From positions 1 to 30,764 of the IMG/VR virus record IMGVR_UViG_3300014893_000002: 30,764 bases of DNA. One strand, written 5' to 3'. The notes beneath the pieces are model-generated. The model did not search any database. It was not told where the DNA came from and saw only the letters and a list, made by a program, of their open reading frames with translations. Below, in pieces: positions 9,821 through 18,234 of the stretch. How positions within the stretch are numbered: the stretch's first letter is position 1; every line of letters begins with the position of its first letter. The translations under genes and the position numbers were made by a program. The stretch is from a virus (Duplodnaviria; Heunggongvirae; Uroviricota; Caudoviricetes).

Positions 9821-10584
9821 TCACAGAATTAACAGGTCCTCATCAGGATCAAGCGTGGACAGAAAGTCATTCACGCCCCCTCCATTTACCAGAAAGCGGC
9901 TCATGGCTGTAAAAAGCGCAACAGGGCCGTCGATTTTGGCTTCCGGCGTGGATTTATTCGGGAAGATGTTGTCGTTTTTGTCCGGTTTTACAGTAACGTT
10001 AGACATCATCCAGTTCATGACCGGATGATTGCTGTGATGGAAACGCCCGGCATAAACCAGTGATTCCGTTTCCTTCATGGCCTCTGACAGATTGCGGACC
10101 GTCTGCGGAACCTCCACCAGCGGTATCCCTTCTTCAGCCAGTGCCAGGCTGAACTGCATTGCGCTCCACGGGTCAAATCCCAGTTCCCTGAGGTTTTCAC
10201 CGCCAATCCATTCCAGTAAGTCACTTTTTATCTGAGCATGATCGATAACATCACCATCCGTCAGGATGAGCTTATCCATCTCCGCCCACTTCCGGTAAAG
10301 TTCTGCCTGCTGCCGCGAGCATCGTTCCAGCCGTCCTTCCGGAAGCCAGAATTTAAAATCAGCATGAACATGTCCGTTATCGGTTCGCCAGAGTTTTGCC
10401 GCCGCACAGATATCAATCTTATGAGCAAGGTCGACGCCGACCCACATGGGATATGTTTTCAGCTCATGTTGTGGAGCAATGTATTCGCACTTCTCCCACT
10501 TAATCATATCCATCCAGGCAGATTCGGCAGTGACCCACACATTCATGTGTTTGGTAAGAATATTTCAAGTTTTTTAAAATCACC
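9821..10584 (-). pseudogene. terminase large subunit remnant (C-terminal nuclease-domain portion only)
   Basis: The 241 aa ORF aligns residue-by-residue to the C-terminal part of the intact TerL at 11074-12741, from about residue 330 to its end (e.g. LTKHMNVW vs LTKRFNIW, WVGVDLAHKIDI vs YAGLDLSSTSDI). No N-terminal ATPase domain; upstream frames are broken by stops and a frameshift, but weak homology can be followed to about 10584. Confidence 0.7.
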
Positions 10585-10615
10585 TGTATATCAATCATTT
10601 AACATGAAAAAACAG
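10585..10615 (+). other. candidate Mu-type terminal sequence (element end, putative transposase-binding site)
   Basis: TGTATATCAATCATTTAACATGAAAAAACAG begins with 5'-TG and resembles, from memory, the phage Mu left-end terminus (TGTATTGATTCACTTGAAGTACGAAAAAAAC). It lies exactly where TerL homology stops. Confidence 0.4.
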
Positions 10616-10838
10616 TCTTTATAAATCATCAAGCAATACACAGCGCAATACACGTATCTGTATTGTTTTAATGCTGATACACACCGTTTTTTTGATACAG
10701 TGATTCGACCTACCATCGCGAAGCATTTTTTATTTCTTGTGTGTAACAATCTGACGAGGTGAGCACTCAAAGAGATAAGAGGCAGTAGAAATTTCGATCC
10801 CCCCTGAATGCAATTTTTCGTATATATATACAAAACAG

Positions 10839-10865
10839 CGCGGGTTATGCGGGTTAGCGGGTTAT
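10839..10865 (+). repeat. three tandem 9 bp direct repeats (GCGGGTTAT, GCGGGTTAG, CGGGTTATC)
   Basis: Read directly from the sequence in an AT-rich non-coding region downstream of TerL. Confidence 0.8.
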
Positions 10866-10941
10866 CTTCGCGTGCTAAGTATTTTTTACTCTTTAATATC
10901 AATACGTTAAAAAACAACGTATTTAAATATCAGCCAGAGTG

Positions 10942-10994
10942 TAACCCGCAAGACATTCAAAATAACCCGCAAACACCCCTCAAAAAACCCGCAA
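10942..10994 (+). repeat. three copies of (T)AACCCGCAA at about 22 bp spacing, inverted relative to the GCGGGTTA repeats
   Basis: TAACCCGCAA at 10942 and 10964, AACCCGCAA at 10987; reverse complement of the GCGGGTTA unit about 80 bp upstream. Confidence 0.8.
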
Positions 10995-11073
10995 AAACAT
11001 CCCTGAAAGTGGGTGCCGGTAATACTGAAAATTTATTCCATTAAATGAGCATTGTCCTCTCTCATCCATTCCG

Positions 11074-12741
11074 TTACACACCATCAAACGCCGCAAGCCG
11101 CTCTTTGTGGCTGTCGCTCATATCAAATGCAAATTCCTCATGCTCTGCCTGGAATGTGCCAAACGCCATCAGCGCCGCAACGCTCGGGTCTATCTTGTTG
11201 GATGATTTTTTCTTGTTCGGCTTGATATTGGCGTTCGCGTCACTCTGCATCACAACATTACACATTGACCAGGCCAGCACCGGATCGCCACGATGCACAA
11301 TCACCTTCCGGTTAACAAAAACTTCGAACGATTTCGCCGCCGGACTGAAACGAAGGTATGTTTGCGGGAACGGCTCCACCTCAAATCCTGCCCCCTGTAG
11401 CTGCGTCCTCAGGTGCGTAGCGTTCCATGTATCGAAGCCCACCAGCCTGATATTGAAATTCTCTGCATCCGCCATGATGTCATCACGGATACGGTCATAA
11501 TCAATGCAGTCACCCGGTGTTGTGCGTATCCAGCCCGCCTTTACCCACTGGCGATAGATGGCGCGGTTTTTATTAGCGGGGTTCTGTAGCTGAAATTCCG
11601 GCAGATAGTGACGGGAAACCAGCATAATCTTTTTACCGACCGGAAAGGCATAGCACACGCTGGAAATATCGCTGGTTGATGATAAGTCCAGCCCTGCGTA
11701 GCACTCCTGCCCGTATAAATCCGCCTCCGCGAACGTTCCGGCGCACTCCGCCCATGCACCATTACCCATCCACGGCGTAGCCCCCTGACACCAGATATTG
11801 AATCGCTTGGTGAGCATTTCCACCCACTGCGACGGAATACCCCGCGCTTTCTGGATGGTTGAGGCCAGTTTTTCACGATCGACGGAAACATCGATATTGG
11901 GATTCGCCTTTATCCACATCGCCGGATCGTCAACCTCGCTTTCATCATCCAGCTCGTAAATCAGCACGAACATGGATTCGTTCACCTCTTCACCATCCAG
12001 TATCTGGCAGCAATAGTCGTAGTGTTGTTTACAGGCTGAAACAACGTTGCTCCCCGATGTGGTGATGGCAAATAATAACCCCTCCGGACGCGCCCCCATT
12101 CCCAGTTCAAGCGCGGAATAAACCCCGTTGTCAGGGTGCAGGTGATATTCATCCACAATGGCAAGACTCGGGTTCTTCCCCTCAATGGTTGCCGCTTTTG
12201 CTGCCAGTGGCTTTAACAGGCTGTTGGTTTTCGGGTGTATCACCTTGTTCGCCTGAATATTTACCCGCTTTCGTAACGGTCGGGATAAAAGGCACATCTG
12301 ACGCGCATCATCAAACACGATCCGCGCCTGATCACGACTCACGGCGGCGGTGTAAATATCCTGCTGCCCGTTTTCCATAACCAGAAACCAGTTAGCCAGG
12401 ATAGCGGCGACCGTGGATTTGGCATTTTTTCGCGGTACTTCAATGAATGCGCTGGTGTATTTGCGCCGTCCGGTGGCCTTAACCTTAAAGCCCAGGATGC
12501 ACGCAAAGGCGAACTGCTGCCACGGCTCCAGTTCAATGGGGCTACCGTGCATTGCGCCTTTTACGTGCGGGCACACCCTGGAAAAGGCAATAAACCGCTC
12601 CACGACCTCCGAATCGAACATATAAAGGGGGTTTTCAAGGTCAGAAAAATACCGTTTAACGGTCTGTTTCAGTCGTTTACAGGCCGTAATTTTGCCGTTT
12701 TTTACGCCTTCTGCGTACTCATGCCAGGCGGTCAAGCTCAT
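11074..12741 (-). CDS. terL: terminase large subunit (intact)
   Basis: 555 aa with an N-terminal ATPase region and a C-terminal nuclease-type region (..AGLDLSSTSDISS.., ..VGFDTWNA..); start overlaps the TerS 3' end. Confidence 0.9.
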   Translation of the reverse strand: MSLTAWHEYAEGVKNGKITACKRLKQTVKRYFSDLENPLYMFDSEVVERFIAFSRVCPHVKGAMHGSPIELEPWQQFAFACILGFKVKATGRRKYTSAFIEVPRKNAKSTVAAILANWFLVMENGQQDIYTAAVSRDQARIVFDDARQMCLLSRPLRKRVNIQANKVIHPKTNSLLKPLAAKAATIEGKNPSLAIVDEYHLHPDNGVYSALELGMGARPEGLLFAITTSGSNVVSACKQHYDYCCQILDGEEVNESMFVLIYELDDESEVDDPAMWIKANPNIDVSVDREKLASTIQKARGIPSQWVEMLTKRFNIWCQGATPWMGNGAWAECAGTFAEADLYGQECYAGLDLSSTSDISSVCYAFPVGKKIMLVSRHYLPEFQLQNPANKNRAIYRQWVKAGWIRTTPGDCIDYDRIRDDIMADAENFNIRLVGFDTWNATHLRTQLQGAGFEVEPFPQTYLRFSPAAKSFEVFVNRKVIVHRGDPVLAWSMCNVVMQSDANANIKPNKKKSSNKIDPSVAALMAFGTFQAEHEEFAFDMSDSHKERLAAFDGV

Positions 12742-13075
12742 CCTCTTCCTCTGTTTCCGGTGGATTTCTGCGACGGCTTACCGGGTCAAAACCCAGCAAA
12801 GAAGCCATTTTGATCATTATTCTTTCCGCGTCAGCCTTTGCGCTCAGGGCCGGGTTTCTGCTCTCGCTGCCCTGACTGTTAACAATGCTGAACCCGCGCG
12901 TCGCAAGGTCTTCGACGGCTTTGCGGTATATGGAGTAGTTAACGCAATACAGTTCCAGATTGCTCCAGTCGGCGGGGGTAAGGTCTTCCCGCCCGGAAAG
13001 CTGCCGCGATTTTTCCTTCCACTGCTTTACCGCGATTTCATCCAGGTAAGCGGGGGCTTTTGGTGGTCTTGCCAT
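12719..13075 (-). CDS. terS: terminase small subunit, P27 family
   Basis: Starts MARPPKAPAYL.., the characteristic N-terminus of P27-family small terminases. The track ORF runs from 13216, but that region is more likely non-coding. Confidence 0.8.
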   Translation of the reverse strand: MARPPKAPAYLDEIAVKQWKEKSRQLSGREDLTPADWSNLELYCVNYSIYRKAVEDLATRGFSIVNSQGSESRNPALSAKADAERIMIKMASLLGFDPVSRRRNPPETEEEDELDRLA

Positions 13076-13363
13076 GTTCTTTTTTCGCCCAATTATTTTC
13101 AAAAAAATTCCCGTGCACAAAAATTTGAGGAGGCGGTCGGTGTCCGGCAGGGACGGTTTCGTCCTGAAAACCTCCCCCACCCCCTCTGACGACTTCACCA
13201 GCGATTGCGAAAACATTCCATGACCTCGCGGTCACGGTCGGTTAATCGCTTCGCTGTGGTGCGTTCTGTGCGTCCTATCCTGTTGGCTTTGTGCCCTGTC
13301 TCCTGTGTCTTCCATAAGTCACGCTGCCTTATCAGTCCACGTATCAGCCTGTTTTGCTCCTGT

Positions 13364-13804
13364 TCAGTCATCATCGCCATACATCCAGTCGTTACGATGT
13401 GCCGCCCGTTCTTCCTGCTCGCGATACATGCCCGCCTTACGGTTCGCTTTCGTGGCTGGATCTTCCCGTGTCGTCTTACGGTTGTGGCACGTCTGGCACA
13501 ATGCCTGGTGGTTCCACTCAGGCCAGAAGAGAACATCACCGCCGCCATTGATGGGGATAATGTGATCCACCACAAAGGCTGGCGTATAAATACCCTCAGC
13601 CAGACAACGCACACATAACGGATTTTTTTTCAGGTACAGGGCGCGATATTTGTCCCACTGTCGGGAATACCCGCGCGCGCGGCGGTGTCCCCGTCTGGCA
13701 TCCTCTGCACGCCATGCGGCCCGCCTGTGTTCTTCACACTTGCCGGACTTCACGCGCTTATTACAGCCCGGCTCTGTGCATCGCCTTAATGGTTGCCACG
13801 GCAT
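13364..13804 (-). CDS. HNH endonuclease (packaging-associated)
   Basis: Cys-rich N-terminus and HNH core (..VVDHIIPINGGG..NHQALCQTCHNRKT..); located immediately upstream of TerS as in HK97-type cos phages. Confidence 0.85.
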   Translation of the reverse strand: MPWQPLRRCTEPGCNKRVKSGKCEEHRRAAWRAEDARRGHRRARGYSRQWDKYRALYLKKNPLCVRCLAEGIYTPAFVVDHIIPINGGGDVLFWPEWNHQALCQTCHNRKTTREDPATKANRKAGMYREQEERAAHRNDWMYGDDD

Positions 13805-14100
13805 CAGTACACCCCCACATCACGATAAACCGACCAGAGCGCGGAAATCGTCAGGGGAATTTCTTTTGTATCTGTATCGCCAAGCGTTGTCCGGTACTCG
13901 TACAGTTGCGAGATGTACATCAGGCAGCCAATTTTTATTGCAGGGGTAAATTCCAGGCCATCATCAAAACGCCTACCAATATGTTTCTGACATACCTCCA
14001 GCGCCGCGCTTATGTATGCCTGAATCAGTGTGTCTTCTGTGTTACCGTCTATGCGGCAGTGAAGTTTGGCTTCTTCCAGGGTTATTTTTTCTGCTGTCAT
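13804..14100 (-). CDS. head-tail connector protein (gp6-like), head module 2
   Basis: 98 aa; paralog of 6229-6546 (..L.E.K.H.RID..D.LI..YI.AA..). ATGA overlap with the HNH start. Confidence 0.65.
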   Translation of the reverse strand: MTAEKITLEEAKLHCRIDGNTEDTLIQAYISAALEVCQKHIGRRFDDGLEFTPAIKIGCLMYISQLYEYRTTLGDTDTKEIPLTISALWSVYRDVGVY

Positions 14101-14435
14101 TTTTCTGTACCCACCTTTGCCAGAATTTCCAGCCGGGTTCTTTTCGCATCAGGTAAGGGGATCCCGATGATATTAAGCGTGCTCCCGGCAAAAGCACCGG
14201 TAAGCACTTTCAGTCGACTGGCGGCGGATATGTCGCCACGATAGCGAACCCATACCCGAATCGTTGCAGGTGCGGTTTCTGCGCCTGCGGTCAGTAATTC
14301 CCGTCCGCTGATCCCCTTGACCTCTGCCCAGATGGTTTCCCCTTCCGTCCATATCTGCCGGATCGCTCCTGACGGCAGGCGCTGCGTGATAAATGTCATA
14401 ATCGTCACCCGGTCCCGCATATTTCCGGCTATCAT
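14097..14435 (-). CDS. head-tail adaptor / head closure protein (SPP1 gp16-like), head module 2
   Basis: 112 aa; shares VWAEVKGISGRE, SRLKVLTGAF and TRLEIL with the copy at 5882-6220, roughly 60 percent identity by eye. Confidence 0.75.
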   Translation of the reverse strand: MIAGNMRDRVTIMTFITQRLPSGAIRQIWTEGETIWAEVKGISGRELLTAGAETAPATIRVWVRYRGDISAASRLKVLTGAFAGSTLNIIGIPLPDAKRTRLEILAKVGTEK

Positions 14436-15655
14436 TCGTCACCGCCCTGACTGTTCTTGCTGATTGTCACTTCCTGCTTCCATGCCTGGCTGAACTCGTC
14501 GCCACCTTCACGCGGCGGCATTCCCTCACGCTCACGGGCTTCGTTCGGATTCATGATCCCGTTCTTAATCCCTTTCTCATACGTGGCGTAACGTTCGGTA
14601 GGGGTGGCGCGTAATAAATCAGCTGAATCAAACTCAACCAGATAACGGGTACCGGGTACGGGAGAAGCCACCAGCAAAGCGGCCTTGATTTGCTGTTCGA
14701 AGTTCGCCAGCCACGGGCGCATTGTCATGGTCAGAAACGCGCGGCTTGCCTCGCTGAAATTGCTGTAGGTGCTGTTGCTGTATTCCTGCAGAAAAATAGG
14801 CGATACGTTGAACATCCGGGCGATGTCTTCAATGGAGAAGCGACGGGAGGCCAGCCATTCCGCATCCTGGTTACTCATTCCCAGTTGCTTGTAATCCATG
14901 CCCCCTTCAAGGATTGGCGTTTTTCCGGCATTTTTCGCCCCCTTGTAGCGTTCCAGAGCATCCAATGCCTGTTTACCTTTCACGCCGTCCAGCCATTCGC
15001 CTGACGTGATAATCCCTGCCGCCATCATGCCATCTTTCATAATGCTGGCTCCGTGGCGCTGTTGAGCAAGGCCAAGCCCAAGTGCCTCACGGCAAATCGT
15101 GACAGGGGAGCGCCCCAGAAAGCCATCATCCGAGGCATAGCGGAGATGCAGAACTTCTTCCTGTAAATACGTGCGCACCGTTCCTGTATAGGGTTCGGTG
15201 ATGGTATAGCGGTATTTGTGTGCGCCTGTGCGTTCCGGTACAACACAACCCGGTGCATAAGGATGAAGTGATTTTGGCTGACCGTCCCGCCCCCACTCAA
15301 TAACCGCATAGGCGTTACCGTTCAGCAGGCAGTGACGCATCATTGTGCGTTTAAACTGGTAAGGTGTCTGGCACGAATTAGGCTGCTCATTCAGCAGAAT
15401 ATCTACCGGATGACTGTCCAGCCATTCCCGCGCCTCCCTGCCCTTGTCATTACGTACCAGATACAGATAACAAGGCATCGTGGCCACCGCCTCAGCGATG
15501 ACAGAAACCGCGTTCATCACTGCAGGCAATGATTCAGCCGTCCCGGCAGAAACATATTCTCCGGATCCGGTATTCGGTACGCCGGCCAGCGCCAGAAAAT
15601 CATCAATGGACAGGTTACGTTGCTCACTTTTTTTACGACTAAAAGGCCACCACAT
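14432..15655 (-). CDS. portal protein, HK97 family (head module 2)
   Basis: HK97-type portal motifs (..LLNGNAY.., ..GMSNQDAEWLASRRFSIEDIARMFNVSP.., ..NPNEAREREGMPP..GGDE). Start placed at ATG 15655, just after the protease stop; the track start at 15745 overlaps the protease gene. Confidence 0.85.
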   Translation of the reverse strand: MWWPFSRKKSEQRNLSIDDFLALAGVPNTGSGEYVSAGTAESLPAVMNAVSVIAEAVATMPCYLYLVRNDKGREAREWLDSHPVDILLNEQPNSCQTPYQFKRTMMRHCLLNGNAYAVIEWGRDGQPKSLHPYAPGCVVPERTGAHKYRYTITEPYTGTVRTYLQEEVLHLRYASDDGFLGRSPVTICREALGLGLAQQRHGASIMKDGMMAAGIITSGEWLDGVKGKQALDALERYKGAKNAGKTPILEGGMDYKQLGMSNQDAEWLASRRFSIEDIARMFNVSPIFLQEYSNSTYSNFSEASRAFLTMTMRPWLANFEQQIKAALLVASPVPGTRYLVEFDSADLLRATPTERYATYEKGIKNGIMNPNEAREREGMPPREGGDEFSQAWKQEVTISKNSQGGDE

Positions 15656-15656
15656 A

Positions 15657-16217
15657 TCACAACCCCGCCAGCTCTGCCCAGCGATGACGATTATTTCCTG
15701 CCGGGCGTAATTCAGGGTGCAGTGCAAACAACGAACGGTGGGCAATCTCCACGCCAGATTCTGGATAAGCAGGCATCGACGTTATCGTGATTTCACGGAG
15801 TTCTGCGGCGGTAACAGTGCGCAGATACGGTTTTTGCGCGATATTCCACTCCTCGCATAATGCGCGAAAGCCAAAGCTCATTCCTGTAATGTCGCCCCGC
15901 TCCACCAGCGTAAGCACATCTTTCCCAAGCTGGGTATCCGGCGGTGTCAGTTCAAAACGTAACCCGGTGTTATCCTCAGTCAGTACCAGAGTGCCGGATT
16001 TGGTACGCCCCAGCAGTCGGGTACAGTCATGCTCATACAGGCAGCGCACATCATTACCCGCAGCCAGATAGTCAGCAAAAGCCCCCGGCGTGAACTGTTC
16101 GCGGAACTCATCCCAGATAATTTCTGAAAGGCTGTTCCAGCGAACGGCATACCCCACCAGCTTTTTATTGCTGGCGGTCAGTTCAGATGTGCGGATTTCA
16201 AAATCGGTGTTTTTCAT
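15657..16217 (-). CDS. prohead protease, HK97 gp4 family (head module 2)
   Basis: 186 aa with ..GYAVRWNS.., ..TPGAF.., ..GMSFGF.. and ..MPAYPESG.. pattern; GGAG RBS. Confidence 0.85.
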   Translation of the reverse strand: MKNTDFEIRTSELTASNKKLVGYAVRWNSLSEIIWDEFREQFTPGAFADYLAAGNDVRCLYEHDCTRLLGRTKSGTLVLTEDNTGLRFELTPPDTQLGKDVLTLVERGDITGMSFGFRALCEEWNIAQKPYLRTVTAAELREITITSMPAYPESGVEIAHRSLFALHPELRPAGNNRHRWAELAGL

Positions 16218-16234
16218 CGGTGTACTCCATAAAG

Positions 16235-16260
16235 CTGAAAAAGGAGGCCGCAGCCTCCTC
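16235..16260 (-). terminator. intrinsic terminator or attenuator between capsid gene 2 and protease gene 2
   Basis: Minus strand reads AGGAGGC-TGCG-GCCTCCT followed by UUUUU. Confidence 0.55.
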
Positions 16261-16271
16261 CTTACTCATGA

Positions 16272-17441
16272 CTAGCCAGCTTTCATTTCCAGAATTTTGA
16301 TGGCGTTTGAATCCACCACACCACCGCCCAGATATTTATCCGTGTGGACCTTGTAGAATCCGGGTTCAGTAATGTTGTCCGGTCGGGTGCGAATACCCGT
16401 TACATGATCAACGATGAAATAACCACGACTGAAATCACCAACCGCGAGCGGTGCTTTTCCTGCGCCGATGTCCGGCATGGACTCCAGGCAGTAAACAGGA
16501 CGACCAAGCAACATATCCGGCGCACCTTCTTTAAGGCTGTCGCGCCAGATATAATCGCCGTTCTCGTTTTTCAGCTTCTGTAGTGTCCCTGCCGTGCCCG
16601 AGTTCATCACCCAGACGGCATTTTTGCGGTATTTCGCTTTCAGCTTGTAGAGAATGTCGATCAGTTCGTCCGCTGTAATGGCGGTTCCACTTGCCGCTAC
16701 CATTTTTTCAATGGTGCCAAAAGCGCGGGTTTTGTCACTGGTCGCTGCACGGGTGTAAGCCATGAAGCCTTTCGGCTTGCCGTTACCGTCGCCATTAACA
16801 AAATCATCCTCTTCGGTGCTGGCGAACGTGTCGGCAATTTCGGAGGATAACCAGCCCAGAATATCCACCTCTGAAAAATCCAGAATTTCCTGCGTGGTTT
16901 TCGGGTAGGCGTAGATAGGATTCAACTTGATGGTTACGCGTTCAATTTTCGGGGTGTTGGTTTCGCTGCGCGCGCTGCCTTCTGTGCCTCGTCCTACAGT
17001 TGCGCCGCCAGTGGAAACCAGTTTCTGAAACTCATTTGATTTTGCGGTCTTCACGGTCGCAATCACGCGCATAACACTGTCATCCTGTAGCTGGCGCATG
17101 ACTTCGCGATCAAGCTCAGGAATTACGGTATATCCGCCATCCCTGCCGCTGTCAGTGCTGGTGGACAGTGATCGCACATCTCCGGTTACGATGTAGTTAC
17201 GCAATTCATCAGATGATAATTTCCGGATACCCGTTCCTGGCTTGCTGCGTTCTTCATCATCCACAGATTCGAGGCGGGAGATTTCTGTGTCGAGGGAATC
17301 GGCTTTTGCACGCAGTTCATCAAACTGTTTGCCCTCGTCATCGTTCAGGCTGCGGTTTTCACTGTCGGCTTTTTCCAGCAGAGATCGCATCTGGTTTTTC
17401 AGGGCGGTTTTTTGCTGGCGGAGTTCGATTAATTTCTTCAT
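16272..17441 (-). CDS. major capsid protein, HK97 fold (head module 2)
   Basis: 389 aa with an N-terminal coiled-coil delta-like domain and the ..DFVNGDGNGKPKGF.. segment matching the HK97 NGDGTG motif. Confidence 0.85.
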   Translation of the reverse strand: MKKLIELRQQKTALKNQMRSLLEKADSENRSLNDDEGKQFDELRAKADSLDTEISRLESVDDEERSKPGTGIRKLSSDELRNYIVTGDVRSLSTSTDSGRDGGYTVIPELDREVMRQLQDDSVMRVIATVKTAKSNEFQKLVSTGGATVGRGTEGSARSETNTPKIERVTIKLNPIYAYPKTTQEILDFSEVDILGWLSSEIADTFASTEEDDFVNGDGNGKPKGFMAYTRAATSDKTRAFGTIEKMVAASGTAITADELIDILYKLKAKYRKNAVWVMNSGTAGTLQKLKNENGDYIWRDSLKEGAPDMLLGRPVYCLESMPDIGAGKAPLAVGDFSRGYFIVDHVTGIRTRPDNITEPGFYKVHTDKYLGGGVVDSNAIKILEMKAG

Positions 17442-17727
17442 GAAGGTTTTCTCGTATTGGTTAAGATTCAGGACGTGAAACCAACACGGAGGGAGCGCCG
17501 CCCGACACTCTCGGAATCTCGCAGATCAACCCGGCATCGCGCAGGGGGTCAGGCGGCATTGTGGCGGCTCACGTCTGAGTGCCACGCTCCAACATATACA
17601 TAAAAATCAGTATGTAAACACCTGTCAGTCAGACCGAACAACCACGAAAGAACACGAACAAATAATTTACAAAAGAAGTAAACCATGGCCTATTATTGCT
17701 GTCTCTGACTACAACAAAGGACGCATC

Positions 17728-18234
17728 ATGAATTTAAGCGCAATGGTATACCCTGATACTTTCATAATTAATGGCGAATCATTCAGAGGTAAAAGAAACG
17801 CAAAAGAAAACAAGGTATTAATTCCATATACAAATGAACCGGAAGTAACTATTGGTCAACACATTATCCAGCGTGTCGGTAAAAACGAGATAAATCTAAA
17901 AATTATAGATATGAAGTTGCTTCCCAATGGAACCCTCAGACAGGGAACCAATCATCCAAATATGTTGACTCTCTATATTGAAAATATCACGGGAAATGAA
18001 CATATGACGCCAACTAAAAGTAATACATTTAACATTGGTTCAATTAGTGGTGATCAAGTGCAGATAGGTGAGCATAACCATATGCTGGTAAACATCAGCA
18101 TCACTGAACTGGTTGAAAAAGTCGCTAAATCGGGGGATGTACAAGCCAAATCAGTATTAAAGCAGTTACTGGAAAACAGTACCGTTGCCAGCATTGTTGG
18201 GGCTGGCGCAAGTGCCCTAATAGGCTTACTGTAA
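17728..18234 (+). CDS. hypothetical protein with C-terminal hydrophobic tail, AT-rich cargo gene
   Basis: 168 aa ORF on the opposite strand to the phage operons, with AAAGGA RBS, markedly lower GC than its surroundings, its own terminator, and a C-terminus ..STVASIVGAGASALIGLL. No recognisable family. Confidence 0.6.
   Translation: MNLSAMVYPDTFIINGESFRGKRNAKENKVLIPYTNEPEVTIGQHIIQRVGKNEINLKIIDMKLLPNGTLRQGTNHPNMLTLYIENITGNEHMTPTKSNTFNIGSISGDQVQIGEHNHMLVNISITELVEKVAKSGDVQAKSVLKQLLENSTVASIVGAGASALIGLL

Larger units (their letters stand above)
23..10584 (-). mobile_element. HK97/lambda-like siphovirus prophage, structural arm (truncated at terminase, continues beyond window start)
   Basis: Canonical order TerL remnant, portal, protease, capsid, connectors, tail, G/GT, tape measure, gpM. 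Confidence 0.8.

Noticed and set aside
9821-10546. Reading the 241 aa ORF as an independent nuclease gene
   Set aside because: It is colinear with the C-terminal part of the intact TerL and lacks its own ATPase domain, so a 5'-truncated terminase remnant is the simpler explanation.
10591-11500. Track ORFs in the AT-rich spacer and TerL 3' region (10591-10917 minus, 10808-11044 plus, 11045-11500 plus)
   Set aside because: The spacer is low complexity and repeat-rich, the translations are compositionally odd (Tyr/Cys/Phe-rich) with no RBS, and 11045-11500 is antisense to TerL. Treated as non-coding.
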